Shown one piece after another: positions 1 to 9,893 of a stretch of DNA of 64,000 nucleotides; position 1 is the stretch's first letter, and the number at the start of each line of letters is the position of its first letter. The stretch covers positions 64,815 through 128,814 of the forward strand of contig JAJFFK010000037.1 in the NCBI GenBank assembly GCA_021776655.1, in the 5' to 3' direction. Source of the DNA: Henriciella sp. (GTDB lineage: Bacteria > Pseudomonadota > Alphaproteobacteria > Caulobacterales > Hyphomonadaceae). Under the pieces are notes generated by a model that was not told where the DNA came from, made no database searches, and saw only the letters and a list, made by a program, of their open reading frames with translations. A program made the translations under genes and the position numbers.

Positions 1-1193
1 ATTTCTCCAAAGCGCTATCTGAAAATCTGAACCTGGCGTTTGGTGCAGAGTGGCGTGAAGAAACCTACACTGTCGTCAGCGGCGAGCCGAACTCGTTCCT
101 CGGTGCGGGCTCGAATGGTTTGGGCGGATTTAGCCCTGCCGATTCCGGTAGTTTCTCGAGAGACAATTATGCGTTGTATGCGGATATGGAATACGACATT
201 TCGGACGCATGGCTGATCCAGGGTGCGGTGCGTTTTGAGGATTATTCAGACGTCGGCACGACAACAAACTACAAGTTTGCCACCCGCTACAACCTGACCG
301 ATAATATCGCGCTTCGCGGTGCGATTTCTACCGGTTTCCATGCACCTACGCCGGGTCAGTCAAATGTTCGTACCACGATCACGACATTTGATGGCGTGAC
401 GGGCTTGCAGGTCGAAGAAGGCCTCGTGCCGCCGACAAGCCCTGCAGCCCTTGCTGCCGGTGGTGCGCCGCTTAAGGAAGAGCAATCAGACAATCTGAGT
501 GCTGGTTTCACGGCTGGATTGTTCGGGAATACGACCCTGACTGTGGATGCTTACCAGATCAAGGTTGACGATAGAATCTATCGAACTGGCGATATTCCCG
601 TGCCGGGTAGCACGACAGGCGCGACTGTCTCGTTCTACACCAATGCTTTGGATGTCGAACACCAAGGGATCGATATCGTTCTGACATCTGCATTTGATTG
701 GTCAGGGGCAATGACGACAGACCTGACATTTGCTTACGGTTATAATGAGATCGAAGTGACTGGCCAAAGCCAGGTCATCACGCCGAGTGGCCCAGTGACG
801 CCGGTTAGCGCCAGCACAATTGAGGACATTGAGAACAATTATCCAAATTCAAGATTTGTTCTGACCGCCAATACCCAGATCCATGAGAAGTGGAATGTGC
901 TCGTGCGCGCCAACTATTATGGCAAGCACTTCGATGAGCGTGGTACAATTGGTGCGGCAACCAGCCCATCAGCTGAGATTGGTGCGACGACATATATCGA
1001 CCTGGAAGTTGGCTATCAGGTCAATGACAGGTTCCGCATCATTGCTGGCGGCTCAAATGTCTTTGACCAGTTCGTCGATGAGATTGGCCCACCAAATGCC
1101 AACCGCTTGAGTGTCGGTCTGCCTTTCGGGCGCCGCAGCGCGGCAAATTATGAAGGCGGCTCTTGGTACTTGAAAGGCGTTATGGAGTTTTGA
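1..1193 (+). CDS. TonB-dependent receptor, C-terminal beta-barrel part (5' end outside window)
   Basis: Reading frame 3 is open from base 3 (FSKALSENLNLAFGAEWREE...) into listed ORF 120..1193. It shows an alternating beta-strand pattern and a terminal aromatic residue (..YLKGVMEF) typical of TonB-dependent outer-membrane receptors. A hairpin terminator follows. Confidence 0.85.
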   Translation, partial: FSKALSENLNLAFGAEWREETYTVVSGEPNSFLGAGSNGLGGFSPADSGSFSRDNYALYADMEYDISDAWLIQGAVRFEDYSDVGTTTNYKFATRYNLTDNIALRGAISTGFHAPTPGQSNVRTTITTFDGVTGLQVEEGLVPPTSPAALAAGGAPLKEEQSDNLSAGFTAGLFGNTTLTVDAYQIKVDDRIYRTGDIPVPGSTTGATVSFYTNALDVEHQGIDIVLTSAFDWSGAMTTDLTFAYGYNEIEVTGQSQVITPSGPVTPVSASTIEDIENNYPNSRFVLTANTQIHEKWNVLVRANYYGKHFDERGTIGAATSPSAEIGATTYIDLEVGYQVNDRFRIIAGGSNVFDQFVDEIGPPNANRLSVGLPFGRRSAANYEGGSWYLKGVMEF

Positions 1194-1225
1194 TCGAATC
1201 CCAATTGACTCCATAAGTTTGATTT

Positions 1226-1265
1226 GGTCAGCCCCATTCCTTGCGAACGGGGCTGACCTTTTTTT
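1226..1265 (+). terminator. Rho-independent terminator
   Basis: GGTCAGCCCC-13 nt loop-GGGGCTGACC followed by a run of 7 T, 33 nt after the receptor stop codon. Confidence 0.75.
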
Positions 1266-1294
1266 GGGCACGCTGCTTAAGTCGTTTGGAGATC

Positions 1295-2584
1295 GTGGTG
1301 ACTGAAAGCGAACAATCCACTGAGATTGCAATCATTGGCGCTGGAATTGCCGGGATTGCAGCCGCGTATTACCTCTGTTGCGAACACGCCATAAAGTCAG
1401 TTGTGCTGATCGATCGCGCCCAGCCGATGAGTTATACCAGCGCGCAATCTGGCGATAATTATCGCAACTGGTGGCCGCACCCGGTTATGGCGGAGTTCAC
1501 CGACCATAGTATCGATCTCATGGAAAAGATTGCGACGGACTCGTCGAACACAGCCAATATGAACCAACATGGCTATGTCTTGGCGACGCAAAGAGCTGAT
1601 ATCGAAGATCTGTTGTCCGGTCTTAGGTCAGACGATGAAGTCTTCAGTGGGCTTCAGTCTGTACGTGATGCGTTTCCGGATTTGAATCCAGATATCCAGA
1701 CGGTTGTCCGTATCAACAAGGCAGGCAGTTTTTCCAGTCAGCAGCTCGCACAATACATGCTGGAAAAAATTCGCAATCATGGGGGGCGGCTTTTACGTGG
1801 TGAGGTTGTCGGCATTGAGCACGACGGGGATTTCAAGATACGGCTTCGAAGGCCAGACGGTGAGAGCGTTCTGCAATCGAGCATATTGATCAATGCAGCC
1901 GGACCGTTCGCCAACGCGATTTCGAAGATGACCGGAACTGACTTGCCACTCAAAACCATATTTCAGCAAAAAGTCGCGTTTGAAGATACGCAGCAAGCCA
2001 TTCCCAGAAATATGCCATTCTGTATCGACCTTGACGAACGGACAATTGGTTGGAGCCAGGAAGAGCGCAGCATGCTTGAGGATGAGCCAGCCTATCGCTG
2101 GTTGACGGAAGCGACGCCGGCAAATGTGCATTGTCGTCCGGACGGTGGCCTGTCAGGGCGCTGGGTAAAACTCGGCTGGGCCTACAATCGTGAACCTAGC
2201 GACCCTCAGGTTGATCTTGCCAACGAGCCAAAACTGGATCGTCAGTTTTCAGAAATCGTCATTCGGCGGGCGGCGGAGTTCATTCCGGCATTGAGGGCAT
2301 ATGTTGAAACGCCGCCCGGCCGCAGCAGCCATTATGGCGGCTATTACACGATGACCGAGGAGAACTGGCCGCTTATTGGCCCAACAGATCTCCCCGGCCT
2401 TTTCATTCTTGGCGCGCTCTCTGGTTTTGGCAGCATGGCGGCCTGCGCCGCTGGTGAGATTTGCGCAAATTGGGTGACAAGTCGCGCGTTGCCGGACTAT
2501 GCAACCCAGCTAAGTCTCGCGCGCTATGACGATGCCGAAGCAATTGCCGATCTAAGAAACAGTCTCAATAAGGGTGTTCTATAA
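1295..2584 (+). CDS. FAD-dependent oxidoreductase (DAO/amino-acid-oxidase-like family)
   Basis: N-terminal Rossmann dinucleotide motif IAIIGAGIAGIAAAYYL. The start is moved to GTG 1295 because the listed start 1241 lies inside the upstream terminator hairpin. Substrate unknown. Confidence 0.7.
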   Translation: MVTESEQSTEIAIIGAGIAGIAAAYYLCCEHAIKSVVLIDRAQPMSYTSAQSGDNYRNWWPHPVMAEFTDHSIDLMEKIATDSSNTANMNQHGYVLATQRADIEDLLSGLRSDDEVFSGLQSVRDAFPDLNPDIQTVVRINKAGSFSSQQLAQYMLEKIRNHGGRLLRGEVVGIEHDGDFKIRLRRPDGESVLQSSILINAAGPFANAISKMTGTDLPLKTIFQQKVAFEDTQQAIPRNMPFCIDLDERTIGWSQEERSMLEDEPAYRWLTEATPANVHCRPDGGLSGRWVKLGWAYNREPSDPQVDLANEPKLDRQFSEIVIRRAAEFIPALRAYVETPPGRSSHYGGYYTMTEENWPLIGPTDLPGLFILGALSGFGSMAACAAGEICANWVTSRALPDYATQLSLARYDDAEAIADLRNSLNKGVL

Positions 2585-2641
2585 CTACCGCCTGAGGGGA
2601 CCCGTCACATAAAAAACACATATGGTTGCCATCGCAACTGT

Positions 2642-2656
2642 ATTGGTATGTCCAAT
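2642..2656. promoter_or_regulatory. Candidate GntR/FadR-type operator (ATTGGTATGTCCAAT)
   Basis: One mismatch to the palindrome ATTGGT-N3-ACCAAT, 64 nt upstream of the TonB-receptor start at 2720. It is one of 8 similar sites in intergenic regions of the 1-20 kb locus. Confidence 0.45.
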
Positions 2657-2719
2657 CTTGACTTGTTTCAGAAATTACCTCCTGTTCGTGAAAATACTTG
2701 ATTCAACCGGGAGAATTCA

Positions 2720-5020
2720 ATGACCAAAAGCCGTAAAAACCTATACATGATGGGCGCATCTTTAGCCGTACTTGGCTGTGTTGCTCTACCAGTTGCTGCG
2801 CAGGATACGGCGTCAGACACACAGACGGACGAGCTTCGCGTGGCAACAGTGACGGTCACGACACGCAAGGTTGAAGAGAATCTGCAAGACGCGCCACTGT
2901 CTATCACTGCTTTTGGGGTCGCCGAAATTGAAGCGGCGGGATTGACCAATATTGAAGACATCGCGCTGCTGACGCCGGGTCTAACGGTCGCGCCGCTGTT
3001 TGGCGGTGGTGCCAGTACTGTGGTTATTCGCGGCCAGTCAACGACGATTGGTGAACCGAATGTCGGCTTTTTCATCGATGGTGTTTATCAGTCCTCTCGC
3101 GCCGCTATGGATGCGCTACTCGCAGGTAATGTTGAGCGGGTGGAGATCGCCAAAGGACCACAGAGCGCCCTTTACGGCCGCAACACATTTGCCGGGGCCA
3201 TAAATTACATCACCAAAAAGCCTGCAAATGAGTTTGAGGCTGGCTTGCAGCTTACGGCCGGTGATTATGGTCTGCGGGAAATCCGCGCCAGCATCAGTTC
3301 ACCGATCATTGAAGACCAGCTCTATTTTCGCGGCGCGGTTTCACATTATGCGCGTGATGGCTATTTCGACAATGAGTTGACCGGCGAAGACCTCGATACC
3401 AAGGAAACCAATGTTGCGTCATTCTCACTTGAAGCAACTCCCTCACCAGACCTGAGTGTTGTGGCGCGCGCATCATATGAGAGCACTTCAGACGGCGATG
3501 ACCCGTTGCGGTTCCTGGTCAATAATGCGGCCCCGGCAAACCCGACCCCTGCACCGCTGCCACCGGCGCTGCAATTGTTCGCAGGTGAAATGCCAGGATT
3601 TGAAGATGGTTTCGCCGTGTCGCCGGGGGGATTTGACCGTGAAAACCTGTCTCTCTCGCTCGCCATCAACAAAGACTTCGCGAATGGTTTCACCGTGACA
3701 TCAATCACTGGCTATACCGATCTGCAGCTTGAGACCGACGTCGATAATGATTATGAGGCTCGATCGATCCGGTATTCCAGCAACCAGACAGATTTGACCG
3801 AGTTCAGCCAGGAATTGCGTTTGGCGTCCCCTGTTGATGATCGCTTTAGCTGGATGGTCGGCGGTTATTATTATGATCTGAGTTCTGACGCCGCAATTAC
3901 CGATACTTTCGTTGATGGTGCTTTTGCTCTCGCCACAGCTTTGGCTGGCTCACCGTTAGGTGGCTTGCTGCCGGGCGGTGCGATTACGACCAATGATGAG
4001 AGTACGAGCAGTTTTGCGCTGTTTGGGTCGGCCAGTTTCGATATCACTGAGCAGTTGACCGCGACGTTTGAAGGTCGCTGGACAACTGAGGAAAAGGATA
4101 TCATCGCGACGTTCCAGGATCCAATTTCCCTGGCCAGCTTGCCGGACTTTGCTCAGAAGGCAGAGTTCGACAATTTTGTGCCGAAGTTCACACTGGATTA
4201 CCACGTCAATGATGACATTCTGCTTTATGCGACCGCCGCTAAAGCGGTCAAAACGGGTGGATTCAACGTTGATGTCACTGGGTCTGGCTTACTACCGAGT
4301 GAGCGGACATTTGATCCGGAAAAAAGCTGGACTTATGAGGCAGGATTCAAGTCGACACTGGCGAATGGCCGGATGACCTTGAATGGTGCAGTCTATCAAA
4401 TTGAGTGGACCGATCAGATTGTCCGCGCCTTAGGTGGCTCGTTCGCCGTGCTGAATGCCAATGCGGGCGAATCTACGGTCACAGGTCTTGAGCTGGACAT
4501 GAAGGCACGCCTTGCCGAGGGGCTCGATCTGACGGCAGGCTACGCCTACACTGATAGCTCGTATGACACGTACACATTTGGCGCTCTGGCCGGGCTTGGT
4601 CTTGACCCGGTTCTGGATGGCACGCGTCTGCAATATGTTTCCGAAAATCAGTTCAACGCGTCCCTGCAATATAAAGCACCGGTATATGGGGACTGGGCCG
4701 TCATGGTGCGCGGCGATTATGCGTACTATTCCGATCAGAGCACGGTTCAAACCGCCGATGCATTCGTTGGTGATACATCCTTGTTCAATGGCCGAATTGG
4801 TATCGAGAGTGATAGCATGTCGATCATGTTCTGGGGTCGTAACCTGTTCGATGAAGACACCGCAGTAACCGGTGTGTTCTTTCCCAACCAGGCAACCCGG
4901 TTTGATACAGCCAATGGGTTGGCTAGCCCGGCACCAGTGGTTGGCTTCCAGGCCTTTGGCGGGCTTGTCACATCCCGCGATCCGCGTTCATGGGGTGTTA
5001 CGGTAAGCAAATCGTTCTAA
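2720..5020 (+). CDS. TonB-dependent receptor
   Basis: Signal peptide (MMGASLAVLGCVALPVAAQD), TonB-box-like DELRVATVTVT, plug-domain motifs (VVIRGQ.., VERVEIAKGPQSALYGRNTFAGAINYITK), a long beta-barrel and terminal Phe (..VTVSKSF). Confidence 0.9.
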   Translation: MTKSRKNLYMMGASLAVLGCVALPVAAQDTASDTQTDELRVATVTVTTRKVEENLQDAPLSITAFGVAEIEAAGLTNIEDIALLTPGLTVAPLFGGGASTVVIRGQSTTIGEPNVGFFIDGVYQSSRAAMDALLAGNVERVEIAKGPQSALYGRNTFAGAINYITKKPANEFEAGLQLTAGDYGLREIRASISSPIIEDQLYFRGAVSHYARDGYFDNELTGEDLDTKETNVASFSLEATPSPDLSVVARASYESTSDGDDPLRFLVNNAAPANPTPAPLPPALQLFAGEMPGFEDGFAVSPGGFDRENLSLSLAINKDFANGFTVTSITGYTDLQLETDVDNDYEARSIRYSSNQTDLTEFSQELRLASPVDDRFSWMVGGYYYDLSSDAAITDTFVDGAFALATALAGSPLGGLLPGGAITTNDESTSSFALFGSASFDITEQLTATFEGRWTTEEKDIIATFQDPISLASLPDFAQKAEFDNFVPKFTLDYHVNDDILLYATAAKAVKTGGFNVDVTGSGLLPSERTFDPEKSWTYEAGFKSTLANGRMTLNGAVYQIEWTDQIVRALGGSFAVLNANAGESTVTGLELDMKARLAEGLDLTAGYAYTDSSYDTYTFGALAGLGLDPVLDGTRLQYVSENQFNASLQYKAPVYGDWAVMVRGDYAYYSDQSTVQTADAFVGDTSLFNGRIGIESDSMSIMFWGRNLFDEDTAVTGVFFPNQATRFDTANGLASPAPVVGFQAFGGLVTSRDPRSWGVTVSKSF

Positions 5021-5053
5021 ACTAAGCTACGAAGCCGGTTGGAGAAGTATGGC

Positions 5054-5527
5054 ATGATTAAACGTACGTTTCTGACCGGCCAGTTGCCTGTCCTGCTTGG
5101 TGCCAGCTTGCTGCCCGTCCTGCTTGGTGCATGTGCGCTTGCACCGGCGCAGATTGTCCATACCAATTCTGATGAAATTGCCCAGTTAGGTCCGTATACT
5201 CATGCTGTTGAGGCAGGCGGTCTGGTCTTCATTTCCGGAATGATTGCGCATGATAAAGAGACCGGTTTCGCCGACGCTGAAATCGCCCCCCAGACGCATC
5301 AAGTGTTTGCCAATTTGGCCTCCGCTTTGCGAGCTGTCGGATTGACGCTGGATGATGTGGTGAAAACCACTGTCTACCTGAAGAACCCTGGCGATTTTTC
5401 TGCAATGAACGAGGTCTATGCAGGCTATTTTCCGGTCGACCCACCGGCGCGAACCAGTGTGCCGGGGGTCGCTTGGGGGCGGGATGATATTCTCGTCGAG
5501 ATTGAGGCTGTTGCGGTCCGCCGTTAA
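5054..5527 (+). CDS. RidA/YjgF/Endoribonuclease L-PSP family protein with lipoprotein-type signal peptide
   Basis: YjgF-family core (PYTHAVEAGGLVFISGMIA...VKTTVYLKNPGDFSAMNEVYAGYF...PARTSVPGV...VEIEAVA). N-terminal hydrophobic leader ending LLGAC. ATG 5054 is preceded by GGAG. Confidence 0.75.
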   Translation: MIKRTFLTGQLPVLLGASLLPVLLGACALAPAQIVHTNSDEIAQLGPYTHAVEAGGLVFISGMIAHDKETGFADAEIAPQTHQVFANLASALRAVGLTLDDVVKTTVYLKNPGDFSAMNEVYAGYFPVDPPARTSVPGVAWGRDDILVEIEAVAVRR

Positions 5528-5558
5528 GCTGCGATTTAGATCAATACAGGGGATAAGC

Positions 5559-6128
5559 ATGTATCGAAGAGACTTTCTGTTTGCGGCGTCTGGAACGGCG
5601 TTAGGAGCGGTAGTAACCACGCCGCTTTGGCTCAGGCGGGCGAACGCTTCAAGTCGAGGTTCAGGCGATTATGACCAGCGCCTGCAAGCGCTTGGGATTG
5701 AGCTTCCTGAGCCACCGGCACCGGTGGCAACATATACCGCTTGGCGCAAGGCGGGAAATTTACTGTTCATTGCAGGGCAGGGGCCGGCATTGATTGAGGG
5801 CAGCCCGTCATTCGGGACACTGGGCCTGGATCTTGAAATTGACGCTGGTTATGCCGCCGCACGCGGTGCGGGCCTGAACGTGTTGGCACAGCTGCGCCAA
5901 GGCTGCGGCGGGTCACTGGATCAGGTTATGCAATGCTTGCAAATCACCGGCTATGTAAACTCAGCCGATGCGTTCAAACACCAGCCGCAAGTCATCAATG
6001 GCGCGAGTGACCTGTTCGTTGAAGTCTTTGGCGATGCCGGCAGAGCGGCACGTGCGGCAGTTGGTGTGAACACGCTGCCGTTCAATGTTGCGGTTGAGGT
6101 TGAAAGCGTGTGGGAAATCGCAACCTAG
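5559..6128 (+). CDS. RidA/YjgF-like family protein with twin-arginine (Tat) signal
   Basis: Starts MYRRDFLFAASGTALGAVV (RRxFL Tat motif), then a YjgF-like core (AGNLLFIAGQGP ... ITGYVNSA ... ARAAVGVNTLPFNVAVEVESVWE). ATG 5559 chosen over the listed 5418, which overlaps the previous gene. Confidence 0.65.
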   Translation: MYRRDFLFAASGTALGAVVTTPLWLRRANASSRGSGDYDQRLQALGIELPEPPAPVATYTAWRKAGNLLFIAGQGPALIEGSPSFGTLGLDLEIDAGYAAARGAGLNVLAQLRQGCGGSLDQVMQCLQITGYVNSADAFKHQPQVINGASDLFVEVFGDAGRAARAAVGVNTLPFNVAVEVESVWEIAT

Positions 6129-6200
6129 GTTTCCCAGCTTCCGTTTCGCTAGGAAACGTGTCGCTACGCCTGATAATAAAGAGATTTGACGGGGCAGTAA

Positions 6201-6215
6201 ATTGGTCGTACCAAT
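6201..6215. promoter_or_regulatory. Candidate GntR/FadR-type operator (ATTGGTCGTACCAAT, perfect palindrome arms)
   Basis: Perfect ATTGGT-N3-ACCAAT, 23 nt upstream of the GntR-family regulator start codon. This suggests autoregulation. Confidence 0.55.
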
Positions 6216-6237
6216 TTTACAAGAGGAAGATCAAACC

Positions 6238-6978
6238 ATGGCAGACGATAGTCAAAGTAAAAGCGCAGCCTCGCAACCGAAGATTTTTGCAGATCGCTCA
6301 GGTGTGCCGGCGCTAATTGCCAACCACATCATTGAGAAAATTGGCGAAGGTGTCTGGAAACCCGGCGACAAATTGCCGACGGAACGTCAGTTGGCAGCCG
6401 AAATGGGGGTGAGCAGACCCTCCTTGCGTGAAGCTCTCCGGGCGCTTGAAATCCTTGGCCTGCTTCGAATGCGGCAAGGCAGCGGCGTGTTCGTCTCCAC
6501 GCTTGGCTCTGAAGACATGCTGATCCCGCTACATCTGTTTATCAGTCTTGAGCCGGGTAGCGTCGATGCATTGTTCGAGGCCCGGATCGCGCTGGAATCG
6601 CAAGTCGTTGCACTGGCAGCCGCCAAGATCACCGACGCGCAATTGGCGCAGTTGCATGAGACAGTGATCGAGCCACCTGAGTCAGAAAAGGATATTGCCC
6701 GGTTCATTGATGCCGATCTGGCCTTCCATCGCCTGATTACAGACGTGGCGGACAGTGTTTTCCTCGGGCGCATGATCAAGAGTATTGAATATCTTGGTCA
6801 GGCCAGCCGTCAGATCACAGGCTTCGTGCCCGGCGTGATGCAGCAAAGTGCGATTGATCACCGTCAAATCCTCGATGGCTTGGCGGCGCGAGACCCCGCC
6901 AAGGCGCGTGATGCGATGACCAGACATCTGCTGAACGTGCGTGAGGCCTATCGCGAGCAACTAGACCCCGACGCCTAA
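6238..6978 (+). CDS. GntR-family transcriptional regulator, FadR subfamily (FCD C-terminal domain)
   Basis: Winged-HTH signature GDKLPTERQLAAEMGVSRPSLREALRALEILGLL followed by an all-helical FCD-like domain. ATG 6238 is preceded by AGGAAG. Confidence 0.85.
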   Translation: MADDSQSKSAASQPKIFADRSGVPALIANHIIEKIGEGVWKPGDKLPTERQLAAEMGVSRPSLREALRALEILGLLRMRQGSGVFVSTLGSEDMLIPLHLFISLEPGSVDALFEARIALESQVVALAAAKITDAQLAQLHETVIEPPESEKDIARFIDADLAFHRLITDVADSVFLGRMIKSIEYLGQASRQITGFVPGVMQQSAIDHRQILDGLAARDPAKARDAMTRHLLNVREAYREQLDPDA

Positions 6979-7000
6979 CCGGATTTGCACAGGACAGATT

Positions 7001-8206
7001 ATGAGCACTGGGAGACAAGCCCCACGGATTGCGGATATTCGCGCCTTCGTCATCGACTCAAAAGGTCGGGGCGGCGATTATCATGATCGCGAAAGCGGGC
7101 ATTGGTTAGTCGATGGTGACATTGCCACGCCGATGTCAGGATATGTTGAGTATCGCCATTCACGGACCGCCTGGGGCATTGCTGTACTCGGCTCGATCCT
7201 GGTTGAGGTTGAGCTCGATGATGGCACAGTCGGCGTATCGACCGGGCTAGGCGGTGAGCCGGCTTGTTTCCTGATCGATAAGCATTTCAAACGGTTTGTT
7301 GTTGGCGCGGACTGCCGCAATATCAGTCTGATCTGGGATCAGATGTACCGCGCATCGCTGCCATATGGGCGCAAAGGATTAGCGCCTGCTGCGATTAGCG
7401 TGGTTGATTTGGCGCTGTGGGATACGCTCGGGCGGTGGCGTGGTGAGCCGGTCTACGACATGATTGGCGGTAAAACCAAAGAGCGTATTCCGGCCTATAT
7501 GACTGGGGTGAGGCCGGACGTCGCGCGCGAGCTTGGCTTCTGGGGCGCGAAAGTGCCACTACCGGTTGGACCTGCGCAAGGCCCCGCTGGCATGGCTCGT
7601 AATCTTGAGGCGCTTACGAAATACCGCGAGATGGCGGGCGAGGGTTTCCCGCTAATGGTGGATTGCTACATGTCGCTGGATGTTCCCTATGCGGTTGAAT
7701 TGGCGACGCGATGCCGGGCAGCGGGACTGGATATCCACTGGTTCGAAGAATGCCTGAACCCGGATGATGTTGACGGGCATCGCTTGTTGAAAGAGCGGGC
7801 GCCGACTGAGCGCTGGACCACGGGCGAGCATGAGTACACTCGCTACGGCTTCCGTGAGCTGCTGCGCCATCGCGCTGTGGATATTATTCAGCCTGATGTG
7901 ATGTGGGTTGGCGGATTGACCGAATTGCTGCGCGTGTCGGCGATGGCGGCGGCCTATGATGTGCCGGTTATTCCGCATGGATCAGGCAATTACAGCTACC
8001 ATTTCGTGATCTCGCAACCGCACTCGCCATTTGTCGAATACCTCAATACCAGCCCGCAATCCGATCAGGTCAATCCGGTGTTTGGCGGCCTGTTCGAGAA
8101 TGAAGCGACGCCGGTGAACGGCAAGGTTCAACTTGATGATGCACCCGGGTTTGGACTGGCGCTTGATCGATCAGCGGCCAATCTGATCCGGCCGTATGGA
8201 GACTGA
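7001..8206 (+). CDS. rhmD: L-rhamnonate dehydratase-like enolase-superfamily enzyme (mandelate racemase/muconate lactonizing family)
   Basis: 401 aa. The N-terminal block GRGGDYHDRESGHWLVDGDIATPMSGY and later blocks (VDLALWD, MVDCYMS, WFEECL, TGEHEY, IIQPDV.W.GGLTE, IPHGS) run collinear with my recollection of E. coli RhmD. Confidence 0.75.
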   Translation: MSTGRQAPRIADIRAFVIDSKGRGGDYHDRESGHWLVDGDIATPMSGYVEYRHSRTAWGIAVLGSILVEVELDDGTVGVSTGLGGEPACFLIDKHFKRFVVGADCRNISLIWDQMYRASLPYGRKGLAPAAISVVDLALWDTLGRWRGEPVYDMIGGKTKERIPAYMTGVRPDVARELGFWGAKVPLPVGPAQGPAGMARNLEALTKYREMAGEGFPLMVDCYMSLDVPYAVELATRCRAAGLDIHWFEECLNPDDVDGHRLLKERAPTERWTTGEHEYTRYGFRELLRHRAVDIIQPDVMWVGGLTELLRVSAMAAAYDVPVIPHGSGNYSYHFVISQPHSPFVEYLNTSPQSDQVNPVFGGLFENEATPVNGKVQLDDAPGFGLALDRSAANLIRPYGD

Positions 8207-8207
8207 G

Positions 8208-8963
8208 ATGGCGACGCAATTTGATCTCAAGGGGCGGCGCGCAATTGTGACCGGGGGCGCGCGCGGGATTGGCCGGGCAACCGCAGAGCTGTTCCTGAAA
8301 TCGGGCGCGTCGGTTGCAATTTGGGATATTGACGGCGCAGCGGGGCAGGCGGCGGCGAGTGAGCTTTCTAGCCTCGGTAAGGCCGTCTATGTGGCCGTCG
8401 ATCAGGCTGATCTGGCCTCGGTTCGACGTGCGCGTGACAAGACGCTAGAAGGGCTCGGCGGGGTCGATGTTTTGGTCAATAATGCCGGTATTGCCGGGTC
8501 GAATGCAGCTGTGGCTGATTATGATCCGGCTGAATGGGCGCAGATTATCAATATCAATCTTGTTGGCGCGTTCCATTGTTGCCAAGTGATCGCGCCGGAT
8601 CTGGTCAAGAATGGTTGGGGCCGGATTGCCAATGTCGCATCAGTGGCGGGCAAGGAGGGCAACCCCAATGCCTCGGCCTATTCAGCTTCCAAGGCGGGGG
8701 TGATCGCGCTGACCAAATCGCTCGGCAAAGAACTGGCAGGCACCAATGTCACTGCCAATTGCCTGACGCCTGCAGCGGCGCGTACCGAGATATTCGACCA
8801 GATGAGTGACGAGCATATCGCCTACATGTTGTCCAAAATTCCAATGGCGCGGTTCGGGACGGTTGAGGAAAATGCCGCGATGATCGCCTGGATGTGCTCG
8901 CCAGAAGCCAGCTTTACGACCGGGGCCGTGTTCGACACGACCGGCGGCCGATCAACCTATTAA
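8208..8963 (+). CDS. Short-chain dehydrogenase/reductase (candidate 2-keto-3-deoxy-L-rhamnonate 4-dehydrogenase)
   Basis: TGGARGIG cofactor motif, NNAG, and catalytic YSASK. ATG 8208 lies 1 nt after the dehydratase stop, with GGAG upstream. The specific role is inferred from neighbours only. Confidence 0.8.
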   Translation: MATQFDLKGRRAIVTGGARGIGRATAELFLKSGASVAIWDIDGAAGQAAASELSSLGKAVYVAVDQADLASVRRARDKTLEGLGGVDVLVNNAGIAGSNAAVADYDPAEWAQIININLVGAFHCCQVIAPDLVKNGWGRIANVASVAGKEGNPNASAYSASKAGVIALTKSLGKELAGTNVTANCLTPAAARTEIFDQMSDEHIAYMLSKIPMARFGTVEENAAMIAWMCSPEASFTTGAVFDTTGGRSTY

Positions 8964-8978
8964 ACGAAAGCATTGCTG

Positions 8979-9827
8979 ATGAAACTCGTTCGGTTTGGCT
9001 CGGTTGGAAAAGAACGCCCTGGTGCAGTGGATGAGGCTGGCTGTGTGCGGGATCTGTCAGTGCATGTTAGAGATATTGCCGGTGATGTCCTGTCACACGA
9101 CGGATTGAAGAAATTGAACGAAATCGATCTGAGCAGCTTGCCAATCGTGGCGGCGGATGAGCGCCTTGGTGCGCCGGTTAGCGGCGTTGGAAAGCTTGTT
9201 TGCGTTGGCTTGAATTTTTCCGATCATGCGGAAGAGTCCGGCATGGCGATCCCTACCGAGCCGATCCTGTTCATGAAGGCGACTAGCGCAATTTGCGGTC
9301 CAAATGACGATGTGATCCTGCCGCCAAAAACAGAAATGGTGGATTGGGAGGTCGAGCTAGGCGTGGTGATCGGGACACGGGCAAAGAATGTCGATACGCG
9401 AACCGCCCTGGACCACGCCGCCGGTTATGTGATCATCAATGACGTTTCTGAACGGGCCTGGCAAATGGCGCGCAACGGACAGTGGATGAAGGGCAAATGC
9501 GCCGATACGTTTGCCCCGATCGGGCCTTGGCTTGTAACCAGCGACGAGGTTCCAAATCCGCAATCTCTGAAGATGAAACTCGACCTGAATGGTAAGTCCA
9601 TGCAGGACGGGAGCTCGACCACGATGATATTCTCGGTTGCCAAACTGATCGCTTATATCAGTGAGTTCATGACCTTGTTGCCCGGTGACATTATTTCCAC
9701 CGGTACACCGCCAGGTGTCGGTCTGGGCCAGAAACCACCATTCTACTTGCGCGATGGTGATGTCATGGAGCTGTCGATTGAGAGGCTCGGTCAGCAGCGT
9801 CAAACGGCGGTAAATGCAGGCAAGTAG
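8979..9827 (+). CDS. Fumarylacetoacetate hydrolase (FAH) family protein (candidate 2,4-diketo-3-deoxy-L-rhamnonate hydrolase)
   Basis: FAH-fold motifs: KLVCVGLNFSDHAEE, EPILFMKATSA, VDWEVELGVVIG, GDIISTGTPPGVG. The specific role is inferred from neighbours. Confidence 0.8.
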   Translation: MKLVRFGSVGKERPGAVDEAGCVRDLSVHVRDIAGDVLSHDGLKKLNEIDLSSLPIVAADERLGAPVSGVGKLVCVGLNFSDHAEESGMAIPTEPILFMKATSAICGPNDDVILPPKTEMVDWEVELGVVIGTRAKNVDTRTALDHAAGYVIINDVSERAWQMARNGQWMKGKCADTFAPIGPWLVTSDEVPNPQSLKMKLDLNGKSMQDGSSTTMIFSVAKLIAYISEFMTLLPGDIISTGTPPGVGLGQKPPFYLRDGDVMELSIERLGQQRQTAVNAGK

Positions 9828-9893
9828 CCTCGAACATGTCACAGCCAGCAAATATTTGATGCTCCTGACGGGATCATTCTTGACATTCTCTCA

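Noticed and set aside
5418-6237. Longer N-terminal extensions offered by the ORF track (5418, 6202, 1241, 15627, 20562, 22679, 42763, 48809 starts)
   Set aside because: Each extension overlaps the upstream gene, a terminator, a riboswitch or a divergent promoter. Each also lacks an RBS. Internal ATG/GTG starts with Shine-Dalgarno sequences give canonical N-termini or signal peptides.
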